A DNA stretch of 64,000 bases. It comes from Nymphaea colorata (taxonomy: Eukaryota). The notes beneath the pieces were generated by a model. That model ran no database searches. It worked only from the letters and a program-made list of their open reading frames with translations, and was not told where the DNA came from. Location of the stretch: positions 37,076,001 through 37,140,000 of the forward strand of contig NC_045138.2 in assembly GCF_008831285.2 (NCBI RefSeq), given 5' to 3'. Position 1 is the stretch's first letter, and every line of letters begins with the position of its first letter. Of the stretch, positions 11,875 through 23,219 are shown piece after piece. Position numbers and translations under genes: made by a program.

Positions 11875-14323
11875 GTACGTCGTCACCTTGCTCGCCTTTC
11901 TCCATCTGCTGTTTCGTTGATCTGCCTCCCGTGGCTTAAATTCTTCTGGTTTTTGTCGGAATTTGTGGGCTTTGAGGTTTTCGCTTTGTTTGAGGTTGTA
12001 GTGGTTCCGATGACGATTTGGTACTCAAGTGGCTTGTTTTTCCCTGGTCTCGCCTGTTGATTTTGTTCTTAATTTGATGATTCCTTTCTTTCTCTTTTGG
12101 GTGGAGGGTGGGTTAGGAACATATGTGCTGGGTCTTGATCCGTAGTTCCCGCTTCACAGCTGATCGGTGGTAGACTTGCCGAACGGCGTGAAATAGAATT
12201 TTTAGAATTTTTCATGGTCGAAGGATGAAAACTTGGGTTCCGTGTTCATAATCGATTTTTTTTTTCCTTGGTTCTTCGATGGATGTATTGATGCAAATGC
12301 GAGACTCTTACGTCTGGGTGTGCGAACTGTGGACGATGTGTTTGCGAATAAGGAATTCGACGCTGTTTTCTTCACTTTTTCTTTTGGTTGATCATGGATA
12401 AAATCGTAGACAAATTGCTGATGTGGGACGTCTGTGAATCCGTGAACAGCTTGTGCTTGTATGTAAAAGGTTACCTGATCTTGGAAGCTGAAATGGAGCT
12501 AGCAGCGGTTAGAGTCAAATTGCGGAGGCAATGGGAATGATACGGTTCTATACTGCTTAATATGGGGTTGCATTCTGGATTTTTCGGAAGTTCCTAAAGT
12601 TTAGGGGCCTAGAGAAGGACTGAAGGTGTCCTAAAATGTATAATATGCTTACGGATATTAGCGATGTTGAGATCGGTAGTCATGTTGTTGTTAGGGGGGG
12701 AAGAGAGGGGGGCCGAAAAAAGAGAAGGTGGTGGCTGGGTTGGCGGGGTGGTTCGTGGGGGGAGGAATTTCTGCATATTGCTGCTTTTGGAGGTAACACG
12801 AAGGAATATGACGCATCTACCTTCTGTTTTCTTAGATTGTCTGATGGGTAACTTGGCAGACATGCATTCAACAGAATTAAATACCATTCATCGGGTTTTC
12901 TTAGCTAATGGACGCTACGCTCTCTTTGAGCGAGTAAGGATGTCAAATTAAGTATACAGCTTCATGTAAAATTGATGATTTAGCTGGCCAAATTCCATGG
13001 AATTTGGGATTTTGGTCAACTAAATCATCAATTTTACATGAAATAGACTTAATTTGACATCCTTACTTGCTGAAAGGGAGCCTTTCGTCCATTAACTGTG
13101 AAAACCTAATGAATAGTATTTAATAATTTCTTTTTTAGCATTTTTGTTTGTTACTTGGTAGTTGGAGGTCAACGGACACAAAAATACAGACACACACATA
13201 TTTTATGGTTGATTTTTAATCTCCTTGAAACCTTTTTTTTTATTTCTTCTTGTATCAACACTTCCTCTTGGTACTATTTTTGTTGCATTGTTATCATATT
13301 CTTTATCTAGAAATTCTTGTCCTTTTGACTTTATCAAGTTGGTAAATCTGATTCTATGTCTGCCAAATTAGTCATCTGAATGTTTCGTTTTGGAGATCCT
13401 ACTGGATTTTAACCGGTCTATAAGCATATGCCAGATGTTTATAGCCAGTTCGTTGGGAAAGAGAGAAGAAGTTGGGGAGGGAGGGGTTGTAATGTTTATA
13501 GCCCTATGTACTGCCTGACTTGTGCTTGGTTTAATGGCTTTGTAAGTTTATGTTTGACTGAAATATGGGCCTGCACCTCAACAATCTTTACCTTGAACCT
13601 GCTTTTTGTTCCAAATGTAGTTACCTTAACATTCATGGAAGGTGAAGGTACCGTAACATGAAGTTCTGATATGGGATTGGATGCAAAGATGGATTTGAGG
13701 AGGATGAAGAAATTGGATATCTTGATGTTATAGCTGCAGCTCAATAATGTCAAGGTCACAAATGTGTTTTATGGACAATTTGGCCAAATTGCTTGTATGT
13801 ATTGCAGTAACGGTTGGGTCATGGGTGCCATAACAGAATGTAATCTTCTCAACTCTGTCTGTCTGTTTCACATGGATGATGCTAGGACACAACACATGGA
13901 TGATGCTAGGACACAATCCTGATTTTTTATGGGGGACGTGATTAATATGTTGAACGATATGCTGGACAAGATATAGGAAAAATTGGTTTCCACGTCCGTT
14001 CCCATTTGTTGGAATTTGTACATATGAGGTGGCTGTTTTTTTGTTTGTGAGGTGGTTACTTTTTGCTGGCACTGCGCACCGCTATGCTAGAGTGCCTGTG
14101 GTGGACAGAAATTTTTTTCCTAGGAACGTTAAGTGCCGGACACAAACGCATTGTGCTTGTTAGGTTTTCAGCATGGGAGATCCTGTTCACCAAAGGCCGT
14201 TAAAAGAACTCAAGAGTGCATGGAAGTTCAGTTTCAATCTTGTTCTTTATTATAAAGATGCCTGTCGCTATTTATGGACTTACATTTGTTGCTTAAAGCT
14301 GAATATTTATGCATGTTACGCAG
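11875..14323 (+). other. 5'UTR intron of UBA paralog 2
   Basis: Donor CCGGTG|GTACGT at 11875, homologous to 4709. Acceptor CGCAG at 14323. Confidence 0.7.
12877..13123. mobile_element. Foldback/MITE-like long inverted repeat in the UBA paralog 2 intron
   Basis: ~120-bp arms, e.g. GAGTAAGGATGTCAAATTAAGT / ACTTAATTTGACATCCTTACTT and TTCATGTAAAATTGATGATTTAG / CTAAATCATCAATTTTACATGAA. Outer matches at 12843-12863 and 13356-13376. Confidence 0.75.
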
Positions 14324-14344
14324 GTAATTTCCTATTTGACATTC

Positions 14345-16285
14345 ATGTCGCCTCAAGGCAGGTCCAAATCGAAGAAGTCCACAAAGGCCACCAAGGAACA
14401 GAAAACCCCTTCCAAAATGGTGAATAGCAATGCGACTGCTGGTATTCCAGCAAATGCATACAACCCTGGGTTTGTCACACTTCACTCACTTGAAACGGTA
14501 GCTGTCTCACCTGCCCCATCACCTCATGGGCGATCCATATCTACTGATGAAACCGATGAACATTCTGGTAGCTCACTTGGAACGGCAGCAGAGTATGACT
14601 CCGTCTCTAACAACGATAGCTGCTCGGGTGGGTCAGAAGACCTGAAGGACAAGGTCTCTGTTGGTCTTAGGCTAGAACCTCCTCTTGGCTGTCCATCCTC
14701 TGGAAATGAGAAGCGGGACAAGATTCGTCAGAAGAATGAGAGGAAGCATCAGAGACAGAGGGAGCGGCGTGCACAAGAGGTCCATGACCGCTGCAATGGT
14801 TACGTGATGTCATGGAAGCTGGAAGCTCTTTGTCAGCAACTTGTGGCTATGGGATTCTCATCAGATCAAGCAACCATGGCGCTTACCATGAACGACGGCC
14901 GCATTGAAGAGTCTGTTGCATGGCTGTTTGAAGCTGGTGAGGAAGTTCTTGGGGCAGAGGCAAAAATGCCCACAAGAGGTAACCTTAAGTTAGATATAAC
15001 TGAAGAGCTCTCTCGAATAGCAGACATGGAAATTACGTTCAAGTGTACGAGGCAGGAGGTTGAACGAGCTGTTGTTGCCTGTGAAGGTGACCTTGAGAAA
15101 GCAGCAGAAATTCTAAAGGCTCACAAACAGGAAGCAAAATCTTCAAAACCTGAAGAGCCTATAGGTTCACCTTCTAGTGGCAGCACCAAGCAAGCAACCT
15201 CCGTGCCATTGACTATTTTGAAGTCACCGGCGGTTGCCAAATCTGCAGCTTCTCCTCTGGTTATGCGAAGACAAGATGAAAGAGATTTCAACTACACAAA
15301 AACGGTTGCAGATCCTAGCAACAAACAAGTTGCAGCTGCGAAAAGAAGCCAAAGCAAGACAGACTGGGCTAGGACTCTGCGACCGTCCTCCACAGATAAG
15401 TTGTGGCCGAGTGCAAATACGAGTCCCTCTTATTCTCTGGCCACAACCATGCCTGTGTTGCCACTGGCATCAAAGGCATTGCAGCCTGATTCTAGGGTTC
15501 TGGTTGGGTCTAATGAGAGGAAGACTAATTCTCAGACAGTAACGGTTAGGGAGCCTGTGATTGTTATGCAGCGGCCCCAGTCAGTTTACTCGACGCAACA
15601 CTCAGCAGCCAGTCCGCGCGATACTTCAGCAACGGTCGGTTGGAAAACGAAAGGTGGTAGCACCGGCGACCAAACTGGCACTGAAGACACAGTGGCGGTC
15701 GGTACCTCGACATCAATTGCTGGTGCCCAACGCCGTCAGTTAAGTCAGTATCAGCCGTTCATGCCCAGTCCGGTTGATGCAATTGCTGCAAGTTGGAATG
15801 CAGCAACTAGCATCTCCAGAGGTTGTGGTGGATCAGCAGACCAACTGCTACCTGCTAGTGGTGTCTGGAGCGCTCCAGTATCACTCGATTCTTTGCCGTT
15901 CGCGCTGGGTTCGTACACGGCGCGGAGTTCATCAGGGCCGTATAGTAACCCGTTCTCGGCATCACCAGCAGATTGGAATAGGGGCCGGTTGATGGTGGAC
16001 TGTGATTACACCAACATCGACTGGAGCGTAACACCTTCGTCCTGCATATCTCGGCCGGGTCAAGCAAGGCAAGGTTTTAGCTCGCTGAGTCCAAACAGTC
16101 GGCCGTATGAGCCATGGTTGGGAACGAGCGACTCAAAGGGCAAGGGTGGCCTGTTTGGCTCCCGGCTGCAGGACGATGGTGTCGCAAGGGAAGGATCCTC
16201 TGCGTTGCATGATTGGACGTCTCCCTTTGCTGGGAAGGATTTGTTCAACCTGCCAAGGCAGATCGTGACTTCTCCGTCTCTTTAA
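14345..16285 (+). CDS. Double-UBA-domain protein, paralog 2 (tandem duplicate); intronless CDS, ~646 aa
   Basis: Collinear with 7301-9274 over its full length, with the same motifs. Acceptor CAG at 14321-14323 precedes ATG 14345. Confidence 0.9.
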   Translation: MSPQGRSKSKKSTKATKEQKTPSKMVNSNATAGIPANAYNPGFVTLHSLETVAVSPAPSPHGRSISTDETDEHSGSSLGTAAEYDSVSNNDSCSGGSEDLKDKVSVGLRLEPPLGCPSSGNEKRDKIRQKNERKHQRQRERRAQEVHDRCNGYVMSWKLEALCQQLVAMGFSSDQATMALTMNDGRIEESVAWLFEAGEEVLGAEAKMPTRGNLKLDITEELSRIADMEITFKCTRQEVERAVVACEGDLEKAAEILKAHKQEAKSSKPEEPIGSPSSGSTKQATSVPLTILKSPAVAKSAASPLVMRRQDERDFNYTKTVADPSNKQVAAAKRSQSKTDWARTLRPSSTDKLWPSANTSPSYSLATTMPVLPLASKALQPDSRVLVGSNERKTNSQTVTVREPVIVMQRPQSVYSTQHSAASPRDTSATVGWKTKGGSTGDQTGTEDTVAVGTSTSIAGAQRRQLSQYQPFMPSPVDAIAASWNAATSISRGCGGSADQLLPASGVWSAPVSLDSLPFALGSYTARSSSGPYSNPFSASPADWNRGRLMVDCDYTNIDWSVTPSSCISRPGQARQGFSSLSPNSRPYEPWLGTSDSKGKGGLFGSRLQDDGVAREGSSALHDWTSPFAGKDLFNLPRQIVTSPSL

Positions 16286-16393
16286 TAAAAATTTAAAAAA
16301 GGATAAAGTGGAATAGAGATTTCCGTAAAAGAAATAGACAGATTGTGATTTGCCGTTGATGAGTGCTATTGCATGTTGCTGTGAAACGACTGG

Positions 16394-16432
<39 letters not shown>

Positions 16433-17775
16433 TTTTCTCAGCGTCAATTGTCTGGGGCTATGCAGCTGATGGTTCAGCAAACGGTAAAAGGTACCATTCT
16501 CCAGGTTCATCGATATATGGCACGTTCATCCATGGTCACAGAAAACGCATCCATTGTAACATTTGTTTCTATTTTATTTATTTAACGTTTGTTTCTATTT
16601 TTTACATTTTTTAGTTATTGGATTTTTGTTTTCAAAATTTTTTACGTGGTATTTTTAGGATCTTTTCTTTTGTAACTTGTTGAGATTTTACTGATATTTT
16701 CCCAAAAAAATAACTGATGTATTATATTTAAGAAAAACTTTATCGTTTAAAATCCGCAAGTAGTATTTATTGTAACGGTTTCATCTATTCATCTATAGTA
16801 TGACTGGAAGGCTAGCTTCTGCCTACTGCAAAAACGACTTCATTTGTGAGGCAAATTTTCGTTCATTCTTCAAAATAAGATATGCGTTGTTTATTAATAA
16901 GATATGCAACATTGTTTATTAAAAATTTGAATCTTTAAAAAAAATGATGGGAGTATTAAAGGTGAAAGGCTACTGAACGGCCAGCTTTCTTCTTGAAATT
17001 GTTCTATGACAAATGGATAATGCATTACTAAAATTCAGTTGTCTGTGAGAAGTTGTGGGCATAAAACGTGTAACATTGTTCAATCAATCAGAAAGAATAA
17101 GCCGAAACTGTTAAACGATTGATATAATCTTAAAGGTTGAAAGTTGGATAAGTAAAATCGATTCGATTTGAGTTGGACAAATTCAGGGCGATTGGAATTG
17201 ATTTCAGCTAAATACAGGTCGAGACTTTCCGCGCTTTTGCTCGGGCCTACCAACAAGGGGGAACATGAGTTATCCCCTTCAGAGAGGAGAGCGAGCTTTT
17301 CTTGGAGAGAGATCTCTTTTTTTTTTTTTTGGGGGGGGGGGGGAGGGGGTGGGTGGGTGGTGTTCTTCCAAGAAGTTGAAGTGCAACCAGTTTCAGTTTT
17401 ATTGGAGCACAATTTCTTAGCATGAAACTTGAGATTTTCTCATTTGGGATGATGGAACAGGGAGCATGGAGGTAGTCGTTGATCCTAGTGACTTAATATG
17501 ATCGCTAGTCCTTTCCATACTGCAATAAAGGTATCACTGCATTATGCAAATTCTCATATATAAAGGAGGTCCACAATTTTGATCTGTTCACACTTTGTCA
17601 TTGCCAAAATAAGAAAAGATTATACCTCAACGGAAACTAATTATGCATCACTGATCATGCTTACATCAGGTATCCACTCTCTTGAGCACTAAAATAAACA
17701 ATTACAGCATTTACTTCCATCGTGTTTTACAATCGCTGTATGTCAATTTGTTTATGACACATGATTTGCACTCTA

Positions 17776-20700
17776 TCACCTTGCTGATTTGCTGTCGCTG
17801 CTATCATTGCAAGGCGTGGCCCCAGGCGAGATCGGTTCAGTGTACCATTCATTCTCTCTTCGAGTGAGAAAATATGCCTCTGATAAATTACGTACTAATA
17901 ATAAATGAGCAGCAAAAACAACGTATAACAATAAACTTCAGTTTCATCCATCAAACCAAATGCTTACCTGATACAAAGACATTTTGGTATTCGTCATCAT
18001 CATAGATGAACTGTGGAGGATCTGGATCTCCAACACCAACTATGGTGCTTCCACTACAGAAAATAAGTCACGTGAACATGCAACCCATCACACATGGACA
18101 TAATAGCAAAAGATAATTCTCTAATGGGAGATAACCAGATGGGATTGTGACTTCTCATTGGAATGGTTGGCGAAATAAATCTTCCTACGTTAAGAAGAAC
18201 GAATGTGTGGAGATCACTTCGATGAGCTTCAGCAGTAAATATCCTATACTTAATGATCCCAAAGGCTTATTCTGCTATCCTATTGTGACTTCAAGGGCTA
18301 CTTACAACAAATATATTTTGGTTGTTAACTTTTGTACTTGATAGTTTTGCTCAGCCCTATACCGTCTGGGAACTTAAATTGAACTAGGACTACGATGCTG
18401 CAGCTTCTATTTGTAGATACAGATAGCAGGTTTCTTTTTTAATAGTGGTTTTGTATGCCAATTTCGAAGAATACAAGATTTACTCCATAACGTGCCATAT
18501 CAGCTCTAGGAAAATAACAAACCTCCATCAACACCCTTAGTGAACAGTGTCACTTTGCTCTACGCAGCTTCCCCACTTGTTTCACACGATTAATAAATTT
18601 ATTCATCCAAATGCTCTTGGCAGCTTCTTCTCGTTTACAGATTACTATCTAAATGAAAACGATTGGTATGCAAAGGAACATGGCCACTTGATGAATATAA
18701 AAACTTGATCCTAAAAAAAAGAAATCGGTAGCCAACAGATTTCAGGTTAATGTACCACCAAGATCCCTTCCAACAGTTCATCTATTCAAAATATACATAT
18801 GCGTGCAACACCAGTTGCTTCCCTACAAAAAATGGAGAAACAAATGCCCTATAAGGAGAAAGGTTTACCTTCCTGACATGAAAACAGCAGCATATTGCCC
18901 ACGCCCTGCAGCAAGGATCCTTTGCTTCAACTTTTTCAGGGACGGCAAGACTACAAAAGCAGGGGACTCTAGAGAACAGCGGACAATTTCATCAGCTAGC
19001 AAGGAAAAATATTATTATAAGACTACAAGGTTTCCATCCAAGCATGTAGCATACCCAGGTCATTGATACAGACATCTTGAGAAAACCCACTTTCCCTGAT
19101 CTTCTCCAACAAGGATAAAGGATCAGCTGAGCTAGTCTGGTCTAGGCGAAGGTTCTGCATATTTAGAACACTGTCAAATGAGCACCACACAAGCTTAACA
19201 GCAAGAATTGAAGATCAGCTCATTTTTACTAACGTACCCTATAAACTTCACCAGTAGGGCAAGCTTCTTGAGGCTTTATTAAAACCAATGGCATATCCAT
19301 GGGAATTGGTGAAGGAATATCCTGAACGACCTGGACAGTCCAACTATTCAAACTTTTTAAAAACATAATCTTGAAACAGTTAAACCCTGAACAGCATAGG
19401 CATGGTTGAGATGTAATAGAAAAAGAGATAGGACTACTACCAAATAAGAATAAGCAAATAATAACCCGCGAAGAGATATGCAACAATGTCATTTTTTATT
19501 TCTCCTAACAATCATTGGTGGCCATGCCTTTAAGGTGCAAAGAGCATACCTCACCCCTACCAGTACAATATGCTGCTCCATGAGAGAAAAAGAAGGGAAT
19601 ATCTGAACCAATCTCACTTGACCATTCTTGAAGCTCCTTTTCTGTAGCAATGCCTCCAGTAAACTGGTTTGCAGCCCATAATGCAGTAGCAGCATTACTA
19701 CTTCCACCACCAAGCCCAGCACCAGAAGGAACCTTTTTGTCAAGATGGATCTGCAGGCATCCGTAAACAATAAGATGGGGCAGTCCAGTTGCTCCACATT
19801 CATGTAAAGTTCACACGTTCAAAAAATAATGATGACAAATATTATGAGATCCTAATAGTAGATACCCAGAAGTAGTTGTCAGTGCCTGTCTTCTTTCTGT
19901 AAAGATTAAGTGCTTTGATAATCTGGCAAAGATAACATAGGTCAAAAAATTAGAAAGAACAACCTTTAGGTACATGGAAGTTCATCAGCTTGATGTGAAC
20001 AGAATTCGCGTATGGAAATGACAGAGCATGTCCAAAGACTGGTAAATTACAGAGACCTAAGAAATCACAACTAATACAGAGAACATGCCATCATAGGATA
20101 ATGAAAACATCCAATCTACTCTGGCACTTAAATTTGAAATCCAAGTTTTGTTTAAGCTCACCAAATTGCTCTCGTCGAGAGGGATTCCTGGCACATTAGT
20201 TGACAACCGGTCTCTACTTTTTGTCGGGGACAATGAAAACTTAATTGTATCTCCTAAACTGATTACCTGATCACAAAATGAACACAAGGCTAAGAATATT
20301 CAAGATAACTTCATACAAAACTCGATCTGGTGTCAGTTTGCACAAGTATATAACGTTTAATCCTGCTCATCCAGAATCTCTGAGAAGTCTAAGGTCTCGT
20401 GCAGTGAAAGTGCCAATAACTTAGTTATGTGACTAATCTTCCTATGACTTTGTTACGAATTCTCAAAAGAACAGCAGATTTAGAATAAGGAAAGCGTAGT
20501 CGTACAGGCTTACATGAAAAAGAGAAGCTAAATCGTGGTACCCGTCGTCTCTCCTGCTTGTTATTCTCAAGAAGACATTAATCTGGCTTCCACAAGGCGC
20601 GATATAATCAAAACCAGCAGACAGAAAATTAAAATTGCATTGCTACAAAAGCATCAGAATGGTAAAGCAGGAACATGACGATATGAGCCTATTGAACTAA

Positions 20701-21080
20701 TAATGTGGTACCTTACAAGGAGAAAAAAGTGTCAGCCTTGAAAGTCCTGCCTGCTTATCCACCTCGTCAGCCAACCTATTGATTCTTTCATCTGGGTCAT
20801 AAACAATCTACGGGCACATTACCCAGAAAAGGAATAAGTCTCAATAAACAGGAATATGAGACAGAAAGAGATAGAGAGATGGTGGTAGGTTCCAATTCAC
20901 CTCTATCTGTCTTCTCTCCGACTTGCTGTCGGAACACACGATTCTGGGGAAGGGGCATTCTCGAAACCGAGAGCTTCGAGAAGTTAACATGGGGAAGAGG
21001 AACTTCCGACAGTAACGGGCTTCATCTTTCGGTTGTATGGAAAAGCAGAAATGGTGGGGAAAGAGATTCGTGGAGATCAT
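17776..21080 (-). CDS. ISPE: 4-diphosphocytidyl-2-C-methyl-D-erythritol kinase (plastid MEP pathway), 11 exons, ~396 aa
   Basis: Exons (GT-AG, frame-consistent): 21080-20901, 20807-20712, 20582-20514, 20266-20162, 19922-19866, 19750-19550, 19330-19238, 19154-19055, 18968-18869, 18053-17968, 17879-17776. Motifs SPCKINVFLRIT..DGYHDLASLFH, GHMP ATP loop KKVPSGAGLGGGSSNAA, GSDIPFF and MSGSGS. Ser/Arg-rich transit-peptide-like N-terminus. Confidence 0.96.
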
Positions 21081-23219
21081 TGTCGCCGTAATGGCATGAA
21101 CGAGAGAGAGAGAGAGAGAGAGGAATCCGCGGACGGCTCCGCAGACGGCTGCTCCTTAGTTTCCGCCGCCCCGTGGAGAAAAAGGTGACGTTTTTTGACA
21201 AATCCAATCCGAAAGCTCATTATGACAATATATTTTATACCGTCCAAACATCAGGGTACATTTTTTGAACCCAACCCTTCTAGCAAAATTCCTTGTGACA
21301 TAATATATTTTATATAACATTACAATGTTAATTGAACATTTTATCATCAAATTCACCATATTATAATACTATTATCATTTTAGTATTAAACATGTGATAT
21401 ATACGTAGTAAATATTTGGCATGTCATTCCTCCGGTTAATCGGGTTTCACCTTCTTGACCTGGATCCGCGCTTTATCACACTTTGATTTAGTGAAAAAAT
21501 CCTCTTCACACCATAGTTCTTAGGATTAGGGGCAAATGGATCCAGTACAAGGCTAAATCATGTTTGAATTGGAATTAAACTGGATGAGACAAGATCCAAC
21601 GACCTCCAATCTTACTTAGCTTCAAGTCCAAAAAGTTGCATGTAATAAACTATTTTAGGTGTAGAGTGCTTTATTATAGTGCGACATAAAGGAAGCCTTC
21701 TCAATAATGTAAAAGTCTGAGGTGAAAGCTTGAACCAGATAAATGAATCTCATATTGGAGGCATATAAGTGAGTGGTCGTATTTTTATAAGAAACTCTCC
21801 ACGTTTTATCCATTATGCTTCAATCCATGATGTAGCCAACGGGCGTAAATGGCAGGACTCAGATTCCAAAATCAGATTCAATTAGGATTTGAATTCTTAC
21901 TAGTATCAACTTCTTAACTGTATCTGAATCACTTATGAATCCAAGCTAAAATCTGATCCCAATTAGATATTCATGCATCTTTTAAGTTTATTCAAGTTCA
22001 GATTCAAATTTGGCTAATCATATCCGGCTCCGACCTCTGTGACTCATTAGTTCTGAATTCCTTGCCAATAATAATTAATAGGGTAGGCGGGCACTCATTA
22101 TTTTTTCTACTGTAATAACAAAACCAATCTTTTGACCTGTTATTATAATGCTAAACATTAAAGAATATTGATGCAGCCGTTTGTCCTAATGAAAACTTGC
22201 GTATTCTACAAATTTCAATAGTAAAGCACAATCCAATCAAGTGTCCCTGTGTTACAGATAAATGCTCAGGGATGGTCCTAAAGCAAGATTGGTGTCAGCT
22301 ACTGGATAATACAACACCTTACACCTAGCCTATGGTGGACCGTATCCACAATTGCAGCTAAATGACTGTATTGCAAAACCAGAGTCTAACCAGGTTGATT
22401 TCAGGCACTTTTTTGAGAGTAAAAGAAACAAATTGCTTTGCCAAAGTTGCAAATTTCCTGGACAGGGTCGAACTACACACGTTAAAGTCAATTCGTAATT
22501 GAATTCGGATACAACTAAAATTGACAAAACGCCTATATGAAATTCAACCCATCTGTGTTCTCTAGCTATTAGCCCAGGTCCTAGAAGTGCCGATGAAGTT
22601 AGAGGAAGTCGCGGCTTACAAATGTAAAATTCCACCAGGACTAAGTAATTTCGCGATTTCTTTTAACATAGTCAGGACAATGACAGGAATTATGGGGCAT
22701 TCCGACAGATGTTGTATCATGCCGACTGACATCTTAATTCTGGATTTCAGCGCACCCAATGAAGATGGTCAGGTTAATGAGTTTCCAGTAAGTGATTGAG
22801 CACCAATGCGCTGCATAACTCATCCAACCCCATCTACCAATCGGCGGATAAGTTCAAAAGCTTTGGCTGCTATTCCAGCTGACTCACCAACTCGGAGTCC
22901 ATGAAGTAGTTTCTCTTGGAGGACATTTTCTGTACTTTTAAACTGTAAGATATCAGTTCATTACCAATTTAAATGCAAAACCTGTGGCTTATTGTTTATA
23001 ATAGCAATAGACAATATGCAGAAAGAAAGAAAAGCAGCTCCAAACAGATGAAGTATCTTATACATAGCTCATTATTCATATTACAGCTGAAAAGCTAACT
23101 GCTGGCAAACTGCATCCATGATGATTATTATTAGGCGTCAAATTTTCCAACAGGGTGAGACATGATGCTGACCGTATCCACCGGCACTTATCACTGAGAT
23201 TCTTATTGTCGTTCTCCGC

